A stretch of 64,000 bases of DNA, taken from the NCBI GenBank assembly GCA_017499595.2, contig CM038998.1, forward strand, positions 186,001 through 250,000, given 5' to 3'. Shown piece by piece: positions 13,322 to 25,733 of the stretch (position 1 is its first letter; every line of letters starts with the position of its first letter). This DNA comes from Psilocybe cubensis. Lineage: Eukaryota. The notes under the pieces are model-generated. The model made no database searches, was not told where the DNA came from, and saw nothing but the letters and a program-made list of their open reading frames with translations. The position numbers and the translations under genes were made by a program.

Positions 13322-14830
13322 CTACTCTGGATGATAAAACAGGCGTGGATTGTGTGAAGTGATATGCACTTCAATAGTCTCCGAGCTGATCCCCTGATAT
13401 GCACGAAGGGAATGATGAACATATGCCAATACCTGTTCATCTTCCTCAACTGATAAATTAAGTCGAGATATCCTGCGGATCGGAGTTGAGGCCTCTGTTG
13501 ATGAATGCCTTCCACTCGCACCCATCGCGGATGTTTCCCCGAGAACTGGGGAACACAATAGGGTGTTTTCTACAAGATAGTTTCTTCTGTGTATCATCTC
13601 CACGATGTGCTCTCCATGAAGCGAACCAAGCTCCAAGGTCTCGAGCAGTGGTATATAGCACCCACGTGCTAACTCTTCGACAACAAAGGCATTGATGTTG
13701 ATTGCGAGTGGGAGGCGTAGGCATACTACACTTGGTATAGCCTTCAAAAATCTTGTCATCTCTCTGTCTGGAACTGCTCTGTGTTTTAAACCATGACGTG
13801 GTGGAGCACCAATGAGAGGAATTCGGCTGCGATAAGTGGAAAGCGTTAAAAATTGCAAAAGAGGAGCCTGTCGAAGGATGGGTAGATATATGTCCAGTTT
13901 CCACCCTTGCTTAAAATCCTCATTCTCCAATCGCAGGCCCTCAAGATTGGGAAGCTTGATGCGTTTAAACATCTCTGGCTGGCTGGCTGGATCGGTGCAA
14001 AGGAGGTTAAGAACTCGTAGCTTTACTTGAGTTATACTTTTAGGCATTTTGGGACGAGCGTTGGTTTGAGTGATCCGTGAAGAGCACTTTACAAGAAAGC
14101 AAGCCTCTACCAGGGATATTGAGCTGCTGAGTATGTACCGAAAGACGTCGGGCGGTATGGCTCTTGTGCCGAGGTCCAGAACCGTGAGTTGTGTCCACGG
14201 AATTTGGAGGCAAAGCGGATGAATACCATTCAGTAGATGGATGATCAAAATGCGCAAACTGCTCAAATTTCGAAAGACGGTGAATGTCGCCAATTCGTCA
14301 GCGGTAAATCCAGAAATCCACTCTGTGTATTGATTAACCAATAGGACGTCCATATGCTCTAGGACCGGCAAGCTTCCAGAGGGGATGCAAAAAAATGCCC
14401 GAATGGTGTCGTTGGTGGCTACCGTACATGTGAGAGAGGTGATTCGATGAGCGCAGGGCATGACTATTCGTTGTATGAAGCAGAAGTTTCCGGAGCCGTA
14501 CATCAACTGTCTTGTTTCGGTGGGAGACGATCCCTGGTTGGCGGATTGATAGTCGCTATCAAATTTGACTGACACAAGCGATCCTTCCGTCCGTTGGATC
14601 CATTGCTGGGCATTATTCAATAACTGGATGTGATGTACTGAGGAGTCGGGAAGGAAGCAAACGCTCCTCCAAAGTACTGCAGATTCCTTTATAACCCGTT
14701 TCCACCGCTGACATACAGCCATTAAATTTTGCCTTGGGCTGATTGTGTCGCTGGGTTTTGGTATGAGAACCGGAAGGTCTATGGATAGAAGTATGATATG
14801 TTCCAAAATGCTGTCGGTTAATCGGTTCAT
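13322..14830 (-). CDS. F-box-like/RNI-like repeat protein, single exon, 502 aa
   Basis: N-terminal LTDSILEHI...LMAVCQRWKRVI...LWR F-box-like pattern followed by LxxLxL repeats (LPVLEHMDV, IPWTQLTVLDL, LPNLEGLRL). Confidence 0.75.
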   Translation of the reverse strand: MNRLTDSILEHIILLSIDLPVLIPKPSDTISPRQNLMAVCQRWKRVIKESAVLWRSVCFLPDSSVHHIQLLNNAQQWIQRTEGSLVSVKFDSDYQSANQGSSPTETRQLMYGSGNFCFIQRIVMPCAHRITSLTCTVATNDTIRAFFCIPSGSLPVLEHMDVLLVNQYTEWISGFTADELATFTVFRNLSSLRILIIHLLNGIHPLCLQIPWTQLTVLDLGTRAIPPDVFRYILSSSISLVEACFLVKCSSRITQTNARPKMPKSITQVKLRVLNLLCTDPASQPEMFKRIKLPNLEGLRLENEDFKQGWKLDIYLPILRQAPLLQFLTLSTYRSRIPLIGAPPRHGLKHRAVPDREMTRFLKAIPSVVCLRLPLAININAFVVEELARGCYIPLLETLELGSLHGEHIVEMIHRRNYLVENTLLCSPVLGETSAMGASGRHSSTEASTPIRRISRLNLSVEEDEQVLAYVHHSLRAYQGISSETIEVHITSHNPRLFYHPE

Positions 14831-16405
14831 TGGCGCTGCGGACTACCTAGTCAGCAACAGTCAACACTGTAGAGGATGGAGGAATTTCCTCCAATAATTT
14901 AATGCACCTTATTTGTTACAATTTCTGATGTGTAAGCCGTATCTTGAAAGGGAATTGTAGAGGCCTTGATGAGGTGAATTTCTGAAGATGAGTACAGTAT
15001 AATAGAGGTTGGATTGTAGGGTTTGCTAACCAGTGTCACTGGTACAGTTCCTGTATATTTTCACTCCTTGAAGGCAATGAATTGAAGTTTTGAATGCCGA
15101 ACACGTTGATATTCTCTCACGAATGAAAATTTAATAGCTCCGAAGTACCTCTGGAAAATTGCAATAGCACCAAGGGTTCAATAAAATCTCGTGCTTTTCT
15201 CGTAGAGACCCGACTCTTCTGGTGGTACCCTGAATGACATTGCGAGTCCTTACTCCCTTCATTTAATGTCATATCTGCGTTGCAAAGCATGCCTAGAATA
15301 TTCGTGAAAACGTGTCGATTAGCATTGGATCCTCTAGTCTCCGCTGAAATGCGGGCAAAGATTTATCCTAAAGAAGACGACGTGAGCTTTACCAACCGTT
15401 GGCCTCGATGTAAAAATTAAAAATTAGAACCCTATTTTTGCGCGGTCAACCGCGTTTATCGGTTCTAAACAAAAAAGGGAAAACATCCCGAGGCTATACC
15501 GCTCACGAAACATCTCCACTGAATACAAAGGAATCGATGCTGCACTTCCTTTTACACTCCCCGGCACACGCCGTCATAGTAACCTCCTGTTCGCATTTCG
15601 TTCTGTCTCCTTTTTTTCTCTATTCTTTCTTCCCTCCCCTAGTTCTTTTTCTCCATTTGTTCTTAATTTCATTCTCCCCACCTTTTGCATACATTGGGCA
15701 ACTCAACCATGGCATCAGATGAATAAACTTAATCTTACAAAGCGATCCCCAAATGGATTCAGAAATGCGGTTTCTATTGGACTGTTCTCCCGATGCATCC
15801 AACCACTTATGCCTCAAGTCCTTGATCCAGGTAAAGTTTGAGGCTCAAACTGGCAAAAGTCTCACCGCTCTTGGACTCTTGGATCACCGGAGGCATGCAG
15901 CACAGTTGTAAGTTCAATTCAAGTACCTCACGGCTAAACCCGCCGGCATCAAGACCCGTAAAATTTCCTTGCTGTTACCTACATCTCACCCACAGAATGC
16001 CTTCAGAAACAGCAGGCCTGAAGCTTGAAGCTCAAGCTCCATCCATCCCAATCCTCCCCTCGACTAGGACGATCGTTGTGTCGAATGACCAATCCCATTC
16101 ATCCCCGGTCGATAATCGGCGACTCAGAGGATCATTTTCGCGCTTGCTGATTTCTTCAGTCAATACCATGCCCTTGGGAGACACGACACGTTTGTTCCGT
16201 ACTGGATTTTGTTTGACAGATACCATTCAGTGAATGGTGTGTACATTCCATGAACCACGCGTGCGTCAATATCTTTTTTCTCGTCAAGTATTGACCGGTG
16301 TATCACAGGGTATCTGGATGACAAACAAATCAAGGCGCTCCTGCAGCTGTATAAGTGCTGCGTGGAATAGCCTCTCTTCTCAGAAATACTGGGAAGCTAT
16401 CTACC

Positions 16406-17910
16406 ATGTTTTTGAGAGCCATGAACTACACTGGTCGTCTAGCCGTGTTGATTTTGCTTGCAATCCCGCTGTCCGTATTGGGACAGTCCAATCTATATGG
16501 CCAGTGTGCGTTTCCATTTTCCGACTCTTTACACTTGCAAAATACTAAAATGAGGTACATTAGGCGGAGGTATTACATGGCCAGGACCGACTACCTGTGT
16601 TCCAAAGCACGTACTAGTTTTTGAATAAAATCCCACACATCAAGTCTAAAGCTCTACCTCTAGCGCAGTTTGTGTATACCAGAATCCATGTATGCTGTTC
16701 ATTCCCTTTCCAACTGGCTTTAAAGTATAACATATGTTCAATAACAGGGTTTAGCCAGTGCCTCTCCGGTACACCTCCACCAGCAGGCCCACCCAACATT
16801 TGGTTCAACTTGTCCGTCCAACCCTCTCCAATCCCTCTTACAAGCTTACGAAAACCCCATATAGCGGAGACTCACTCTCAACCACCGGGTTCAACATCAC
16901 AGGTCCTCTTCCCAACACACTTAACCCGCTAGGAAACCCACCATTTCCAGGAGTCACAGAGGTCGGTGGGGAGAACTGGGTCGGCTTCGCAACAGCTTCA
17001 TTCAACAACACCGTGGTGTTGACGTACAACTTCGCCAACAGCAATGCGACAATCGCCCGTGCAACTCTCACTCCCACTTCCAGTTCTGCCCAACCCTATG
17101 TCACCAGTTTAGTGGACCAAGTCGACCTATTTCTCAGCTCTGTGGGTAATGCATCGGAGAGTGCACCATGGACAAGTGCAAACGCGTTGTTTTCCATTTG
17201 GATGGGAAGCCAGGATATCAGTCTCGGGTTTAACACTCAACAGGATCAGTCCAGGTTAGTATTACTCGTATTTCCATCAGAGCAATGACTGATTCTAGCA
17301 TCAGCTCCTCAGATACATTGATTGCCACATACTGTACCCAAGTAGAACGACTCGTGAGTCCACAGATTTTATTGCATTCGATGCATGCCATGAATGACAT
17401 CTCATTCAATTACAATGTCCTATTCATCCATCACAGTACAACTCCGGTGCCCGCAACTTCCTTTTCGCCAACATACCACCCCTCGACCGGTCTCCAGCGG
17501 TTCTTTCTTTCACTAAAAAACACAGCAATAACCAACTAATTATTCAATATTTTGTTGTAGATGCTCAACCAATCATCCACCACCCAGTCCCTATTCAAAT
17601 CATCCATTGACACCTTCAACCTCAACCTCCAAGCCCGACTGGCCTCATTCCAATCTGCCCACAACGATGTACGTGTCTCTCACATCTCGCAACATTGCAC
17701 TGCTATGCTCGGCACGGCACCAATGTCATCATGCCCAGATACAAACATTTCTCTGGGACACCAATGCTCAAATCGCCAATATCCTCGACAACCCACTATA
17801 CTTTGAAATCCAAGACATAACATCGTACGGACCAGGCGACTACACATTCTGGGCGTACGTCAAACCCCTCTTTCTCCAGCTCATAAAAATCATGCATTGC
17901 AAAACACTTA

Positions 17911-17943
<33 letters not shown>

Positions 17944-18090
17944 TTCTAGTACTGAGGATCTTCCAGGAGGCAAGTACATCCAACCAATCAACCACGCTCA
18001 CTGCAAACCCATAGTGTCCTCACAGTGTCTGCGCATAAACTCCTCGGGCGGTACGTAGGGCTGACAGTTCTCAATGGTACCATTTGGTGA
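16406..18090 (+). CDS. Secreted CBM1 + SGNH/GDSL (CE16-like) esterase
   Basis: Signal peptide, CBM1 (YGQC-GGITWPGPTTC..VCVYQNP-WFSQCL), GDSLSTTGFNITGPLP..NPLGNPPFPG, GGENWVG, GARNFLF..PPLDRSP; stop TGA at 18088-18090. Confidence 0.85.
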
Positions 18091-18496
18091 ATGAACTCCA
18101 ACTCCAAACAACCCTTCACGAGGAACAATCAATAAATGAAGCATAACGGAAATTGGGAAGAGATATGATAGTTTGGGTGTGCAGATGAAGTCCAAGGGGC
18201 GATAGTAAAGTCACAAGTCAAATTTGCACAAGGCTCATTTAATTGGTTTCTAGGATAAGAGGGTGGTGGGTTATACTTGGTAGTAACACAACCAAATGCA
18301 ATATTCGAAAATAAAATAAAATAAAACACATTCCATTCGAAAGAAACCTAAACAAATATCATACATCCAAAGGAAAGGGAAAGGGACAGAAAGCACACTG
18401 TAATCAACCAAAACACCAATTATACCACCAAAAAAAAAAAAAAAGGAAATGGAACACATCAACACTAGCCCTAGCGCTCAATGTTCAAGCTCAACG

Positions 18497-20440
18497 CTAG
18501 CGCTCATATGCAGGCGGAGGAACATCATCTCCATCTCCATCTCCATCTCCATCGCGATCAGCAACATCTGAAGACACTACGTCCGCCCGAGCACGCTGAG
18601 CATGATCATCCAGCATCAAATTATTCCCCCCTGATCCCGCACCCGCACCCGCACCCGCACCCACTCCTGTTCCTGTTCCCAATGCAGACACTGATCCCTC
18701 ACCAACCCCCCGTCCCCGCCCCGCCCCAGCCCCAGCCCCAGCGCCGGAGTTAGCAAACGCCTCTCTCTCCTTCTCCAAATACGACGCCGACGGGGTCGGG
18801 GTGTTGTGCATCATCGACAACGACTGTGCTTCAGTTTCGCTTCGACTTCGATTTCGATTTTGACTTTGGGTGGGCGGAGGACTGAGGTGGATTAAATGAG
18901 GGGCCGTATGGCTATAGCTATGGGTGTGGATATGGCTATAGTCCGCACGAGCAGATCCTCCCGAGACAATCGATCCCGTATTCATCGACGGAGTCGAGGT
19001 CGACGTTGACAGATGGGAGAGCATTGCACTCTGTACATCCGACCCCACCCCCGACCCCGACCCGACGTGGTGCTGCGCTAATGCTAACCCAGCCCCAGCA
19101 TATGGATCATATACGCTAGCGTTGGCGTGCGTACCACTTACGCTGGGTGTAGCGGCCGGGACAGGGACGGGGAGAGGGACGGGGACGGGGACGGGCATAT
19201 ACATCGATGCATTCGACGACGACAGTGGAAGTAGAGCGGATGACTCTGCATGTGAAGGTGTCCTTAACAACGAGCTATAATGTCCCCCTTGTCCATACCC
19301 CTGCCCTTGCCCGAAACTCGATAACGGCGGCGGCGAATGCGAATGGTACCCAGAAACACCGGTAGCCTCGTCGTCGAGCAATACAGGCTTTGATATTTTC
19401 TCCTTCCTCGTCTTCTCTCCGCGCAGCACTGCACCCTCTCGTCTACTGTAACCCCCCGACCTCGACTTCCCGCGCGCCCAGATCCATATGAGAAATAAGA
19501 CGAACAGGCCCAGCGCGGATCCTGCTACACCTGCATACCCCGAGTTCAATGTATTTCAATTTATTTCAAGTGATTTTATTTTATTCAATGTTAATTGCGT
19601 TTCATCAGCGCAGTGCATTGGATTTGGAACGCACATAACTTATAAAACTTACCTGCGATAATTCCAATTGGCGGTCCGCTCTTTCGGCGCTGGGGGACTC
19701 CGCTGGTGGGCGGCGAGTCACCGTTTCCTGTGTTTGCATTCGAGTTGGTTCCGGCATTGCCATTGCCTCCTGTCCCTGTCGTCGAGGTAGCTGTAACATT
19801 AACACTACAACCACATTCCTCTCATAAGTTATCCAGCACAACATCATCTAAAAGCAAAGAAAAAGAAAAAAGAAAGCCAGACTAACACGAATCGGTCGAC
19901 CTCACACACATTCGGATACGCCGGGTCCACAACGCGCACCTGCAGCTCGTGCATGCCAAGCGTGAGATTGCTCTTCGCAAAGAGCATAATCGGGTACCCG
20001 TCCGCTGGTGCATGCGAGTTGATGGTGGTCATTTCCTGCCCGTCGACGCTGATGATACATGGTCCGTGGTACGGTCCTTGGTTGCCCCAGTACTCTACTG
20101 CGTCCTGGATAGGTAAAGTAGTGTTAGTTTAGACATCGACATCGATATAACATTGAGGGTGATGTGAGGTCGCAATAATTACGCACCCCGTAGAACTTGA
20201 GAGTAGCTGTTGCGTTCTGGATATCGGAGAAGGTGTCCGTGTTATTCCATAGATGATATATCGACTCGACATTAACTTGAGAAACACGAGAGAAGTCAAT
20301 GATAATTGCTATAAGACGTCGAGTCTCGACGCAGGAAAGAGAACAAGCGCACCGTGGACTGTCCACCTGTCCGGAACATACGTCACGTTCGCATGGCGGT
20401 CGTCAACTGAGATGGAGCTCAAAGTCACGGGCGCCGACAT
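18497..20440 (-). CDS. Single-pass membrane protein with N-terminal beta-rich domain and disordered C-terminal tail
   Basis: MSAPVTLSSISVDDRHANVTY.. exons, YWGNQGPYHGPCIISVDG, S/T-rich linker, TM segment GVAGSALGLFVLFLIWIW, terminal PPPAY motif. Confidence 0.7.
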
Positions 20441-20793
20441 CGTGAACCTTCAAATTCTGAAAGGAAGGAACGGGTGAAGGTCGCAGAAGAAAAGCAGGTG
20501 GGAGGAAGGAGGGCAAGTACACCATCGAGTCAAAGTCTGGACCACGCACGTCGTCCCTGCCCTGAACTCTGCACTGGTTTCCGACGCCCTGAACGCGTAA
20601 CGCCCTACCCGCTGTCGTTCATTTCAATCGCATACTTATGTGACTGGGTTGCGTTGAATTGACAAAGGTACGTTAACCTCCAGCGCCAAGAGATGAAAAT
20701 GTCATCACACAGCGCCGGCCGGATGAATTGACAGGGATTTTTCCACGATCACGAGGTAGGAGGGAAAACGTGATTTTAACGCGACATTGACGC

Positions 20794-20802
20794 GAAGTGA
20801 GG
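20794..20802 (+). repeat. Left target-site duplication GAAGTGAGG
   Basis: Identical 9-mer immediately flanks both element ends. Confidence 0.9.
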
Positions 20803-20928
20803 TAGGCTCGTACACCAGTCGTTTCTGACTCAGCATATTTCGAGCTCCGCTCGGTTTCGTCAGAAACGGCTGGGCCAAACGGTTCGGTTTTGGCAGAGTC
20901 ACGCTTTGTCACGTCGGACTTAGTGAAA
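20803..20928 (+). repeat. Left terminal inverted repeat with internal hairpin
   Basis: TAGGCTCGTACACCAG-[stem-loop]-CTGGGCCAAACGGTTCGG...TCGGACTTAGTGAAA matches the reverse complement of the right end. Confidence 0.85.
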
Positions 20929-20978
20929 TTCGAACAACTACGTTACCAACTACCCCGCGTCGTACTCGATTGCGACCA

Positions 20979-23900
20979 CTACCCGTCCCCTTCCCCCTCG
21001 AATTCTGAATCCTCTGAATCCTCAATAACATCGTACTCCTCCTCTATTTCCTCAAGATCCATGTCAAGGTCCACATCCCTTTCTGTGGCACGAGGTAAGG
21101 TTTCTTCCACTTCTTCACTGTTGTCCGCCTCCTCAGCTGACTCTTCTACTTCCATGTCATCTCCAAAACCCTGCATGCTAGACTCGCCCATACTGTCTGA
21201 AGCTGAAGCATGATTTGAATATACAGAGGATGTAGAGACTGCATTTGGGACAATCTGGATATCCAGAGGTTCACTTTTGATGGAGGTGGGATGTGCAGGT
21301 ATGTCCCTTTCATTGTCTGTTTCATCTGCAGAGACTGGGTTCATTTTTCGTCGTTTTTGAAGCTTTTTAAAGGAGTTGTTGTAGTCGGAAAGGGGGTTCT
21401 TGCTGCCTGTAGTAAGATTTTGCAATCCCACTGAAATGACATCCTTTACCATCTCATCGTCGTTGAGTGATCTTCCTTTTTTGATAGTGTACACCTCGTG
21501 GTCAGAAAGACTTTCCATTAAACTGCGAATGTCGTTGGTTAGGTCGGGCGGTGCATGTTTGGTACCTTGGTCTGATCCGAGTGTGTCGTTTAACATCTTC
21601 TGTAGGTCGGATAGTGCAACAACGCATGGTGATATAATTTCAAGCCATTCCCATGAAGCATTTGATCCCTTGGCTTTATAAAGAACCTAGAATATGAAGT
21701 GAGTCGCCTGTTTCTTTTTGTGAGAACAAGAGCTTACCTTTATCCGAAAATTGAGGTGTTCTTGAACGAGATCCATCTCGACAAATCGATTAGGCTCTCC
21801 CGAAGGATTGAGTACCCAATTCTTCAATACAATATCGCTGACAAACACTCTTTATGAATATAGTATTTGTACCACACTAAAAGCTCACGTACCGAATTGC
21901 TTTTGGCCAAACGTGAGTTAGATTATGAATAAGGTGAAGCATTTCATGTGCATATTTTGTTCTGCCGCTTCCTCGGAAACTAAGTGCCCAGGTTTTTAGA
22001 ACCAAGATAATTCTTCCCGAGTCTCCAGATTTAATCGCGTCATTAAACTCGCGAGTAATCAAGGCATCACGTAGAAACAGTGATGCGTTTTCAAACACCA
22101 TATCACCTTGGGTAGGTTTTTTGTTTTCCTCGTCCGACATATCCATCTCTTCATTTCGCTGATCGCGTAATTCTTCAACTATTAGAGAGTTGGCGTACTT
22201 CTCGAGTATCATTTCAGCGTGATGATAAAGAGCTTGCCAAGTTGTGACATTGGCACAATACTTGTCTAGTGACGAATAATTTGAGACTAGAAGTAAGCAA
22301 TGCAGCACGCGAGAGTAAAGTGATACAAATACTAAGTCACGGCATGTTCGAAAGGTTGGCAAGCTTGTTAGGGTTATAGGAAGCCTATCAAGGCAAGTGT
22401 TGTGAAACCATAAGGAGCCAGGATTTTGTGCTCCAGTATCCGGGCGTCCAAAGTGGTTTAATAGCATGCCGTGTGAGTCTGCAATTTTCGCGTGAAAGAG
22501 ACCTGGTATCCAAACGCCCCAGAAATAGCCCTCCAAGCCACTTTCTTGACCAGCGCGGATGTATTCTAATGCTCGGAGGCGTGCAAGAGATAGCTGGTCA
22601 CCGCCTAAAAAGCGAACCTGGTTTGAAGCATCAGGATTTTTGGGTTTTCCCTGGCTGTCAACTAAATCTAGCTCTTGCATAATGGCTGTGACAACATCTG
22701 CATTTCCGGTGATGGTTGATTCATCAATGGGCCATGTAGGAAGAGGATGAAGATTGGTTTTATGCAGTGGAATAATGTCAGGTGTCTGCGGTTGAGATTT
22801 TGCTAGCTCTTTTGTAAACCGTTGAAATCCCGGACCACCATGATTAATGATAATACGCAAGATGGTGTGAACCAGATTAGCTTTTAAGGATTTTTGCTCG
22901 TCACTGTTGAGTAGAATTTCTTGAATCTGAAGGATTGGTGCTTCCAAAAATGATAACTGGAACTTCTGAAGATTAAGATCTTCTATCTTGGCATCAAAGA
23001 GTGGTATTAACGTGGCACATGTTCCATTTTCTTGTGAATCTACGTGTGTGGATTAAGCGCCCAAAAGATGACTGGAAATACATTTACTTACCGTGTCGAC
23101 CAATTATTTGTTCCGTATTATGCATTCGCATATTCACATTATCATAGTCGGTGGAAAATAGACCAGTTGCAGCAATTTTACGAGCCAATAAGCGTGCACT
23201 TTCAGAAAGCTGATAAAGAGTTCCAGTTCGCTTTTTGACAACTACAACCTTGTTGGATGTGTCAGGGTCCAGAAACGGATTGCTATCAGTCCGTGATGAT
23301 AATTTGGGCTTTCTCATTCGGACCAGATTTTTTGTCGTCAGATTTGTGTAACTTTCCGATAGTCCTAGTGATGAGAGTACACTGATACATTGCCTTTGAG
23401 CCCCAGAAGAATACAGATATAGCCCCAGCATCCGTTTTGGAAGATTGTTGGAGTGACTATACTCCCCTAGACAAGTAAGCGCCGTAGATGTAATGATCTA
23501 GTTAGAGAAGGATTAGTAATTTGCACTAGCATGAAGAGTATTGGTTGCCTTTTTGGTGCGCTCTTTTCTTGCAATAGTATGGGTGTTGGCACGATGGGAT
23601 GTTGAAAATGCTTCCAACATTTGCATGGCAACTGGAGCGAGTTCTGTGCAAAAAACATTGTAGAGTTGGTTATAGCTAAATTGATTTGCGAGATTGGGAT
23701 CAATGGTTTTGTTCATCGTCAACAGAATTCTTGATCGAGTAATGACCAAGGCTTCTCGAGCTATTTTCCGGGCACAATAGGTTGTAATCCATTCGTCAAT
23801 CTTCTTTTTGGCAATTTTAGACTGGTTATCGGGTGATAGCCACCAGTCAAGAAGCATGATGGGATTTTCAGGCTTGGAAAAGAAGTGTTGATATCGGATA

Positions 23901-24265
23901 ACACCTTTTTTGTGTATAGGATTAAACACATATTCCATGAGATCCCATACACGCAAGTTGGCATTTTCTAGGGCAGACAGAATACCGTCCAAATGTTTAG
24001 ATTTGCTCACTATATCTTTCCACTGCTTTGCTACTTCTCTAGACCTTAAAGCAGCTGCGCGTTTCTTGTGTCCCTTTCTACGTCGCTTTTGCTTTTTGGT
24101 TTCAGGTGATCCTGTAATGTTGCTACTTGGAGTTGCAAGCGAGACACGGCTAATACTTGATGGGGGTAGACTTGACCGCACTTTAGCGCGAGGTGTACTA
24201 AATGGATCACCGTCTGATTCTGATTCTTCATCAGTAGTTGTCCATAATTCATCGTTGTCGGACAT
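20979..24265 (-). CDS. Academ-type transposase (DUF6589-like), 5 exons
   Basis: Motifs DYDNVN, ESTITGN, GGDQLSLARL, PGLFHAK, IKSGDSGR, YAHEML, DLVQEHLNFRIK (candidate D-D-E); exons join in frame; acidic C-terminal tail. Confidence 0.85.
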
Positions 24266-25733
24266 TGCAATAGAATACAGTAGACTGCAGTGACAATGAA
24301 AGGTAAAACATGGTTGAACAGATATTAGACAATGATTGGTCCCCCATCAGCAAAAGTGACCAGACCCCCAAATGCCTTGGGAGCCTTATAAGGCATGCCA
24401 ATGTTTTACGTGACACAGTAATGTCACGCAAAACATTTGGGCAACATTTGGGAACACTCAAATCATTTGGTGGTCATTTGGAGGCCCCACCAACATTTTT
24501 GAAGCACAAAACAAGCACCAAATAATTTCTAGTAACTACAATTTACAAAAAAAAATTTGTACACTGTGCAACCTTGAAGGAATCATTTAACAAAATTAAA
24601 AGAGGTCACAAAACATTTGGTTTTACACTTCGGTTATGAGAAATGTTTACAGGACTTTCAAATGCTGATGAAATAATTCATCCACACCAAAATTTACTGG
24701 CTATACAGCCACATTAGTTCTAATTAGAATTCTGTACAGTTGGTCACCCGGTCTGTACAATTTCTCGACTGTCAACGAAGTCACAATGCGATCAGCGTGA
24801 ATCGGAGTGAATCGGAGATCAAATATTTGTTTGTTTGTGCATAATAATCTCTTTCAACCCCCGTTTCTTTCTTTCCACATACTCTCATGTTCACTACTCC
24901 GGCGACGCTTGGTGGGACTTGGGCTTGGACTTTTCAACTCTAAGTCTTCGTATATCATAGCTGAATCTAACTCACAGGTAATTCTGCCACTTCCTTTCTG
25001 ATTAGATCATCCTCAACTGACCATGTATCTGCCTTTCCGTAGACCGTTCTCCTTCTGCCTTAGATCTACTGGATATCCGGCTTGGTATATAATCATTCAC
25101 TAGTTCCCAAACTTTTAGGTGAGTATATGCGCACTTCTGCACACACACCTTGCTTACATCATGCAACCAAAGTAGCTCCTATAATTCATGGGTACCATCT
25201 ATTGATGACATTGTCTCAGCATCATTTTGTTATTTAACCACTTTCTCGCTTCTCTGTACCTTTTGGAGTCATGTTGTAGTATAAGTTTTCTTAATGCAAC
25301 AAGTTCTTTTTACTTGCTATGATAATCTGAGGGATCCACTAAATAATGAACCATGTGAACTGTGTAAAACATTTAAACACTGGCAAATGTTTGCCAAATG
25401 TTTTTGGGACTCCCAAATGTTGCCTAAATGTTACGGACACTCTCAAATTTTAACCAAATGATTTGGCTATATTTAGTACTACCTAAATCATTTGCTTGGA
25501 ATAAATAATTCGAAGCCTTTCAGTCTTCGGAGTCTCTCGTTACGAACCGCACAATGCCTTTCGGGCATTGGGGCCTTTGGACGCCTCCAAATGCCTTGTC
25601 AAGGCATTTGGGGATCCGAGCACTTTTGCTGATGCCCTATTCCCAATTAGGCTTCAAGTCGATCAAATTGACAAAGCTCGAGAGTCGAATAATTTTTCAA
25701 GCCTTCAATTTCGATTTCTCACCACATTTTATC

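Noticed and set aside
17970-18013. Apparent GC donor in the last CE16 intron
   Set aside because: A canonical GT donor (AA|GTACAT) a few bases downstream gives an in-frame join
24850-25350. Possible third small gene inside the transposon (minus strand, one GT-AG intron candidate)
   Set aside because: Could not build a convincing open frame
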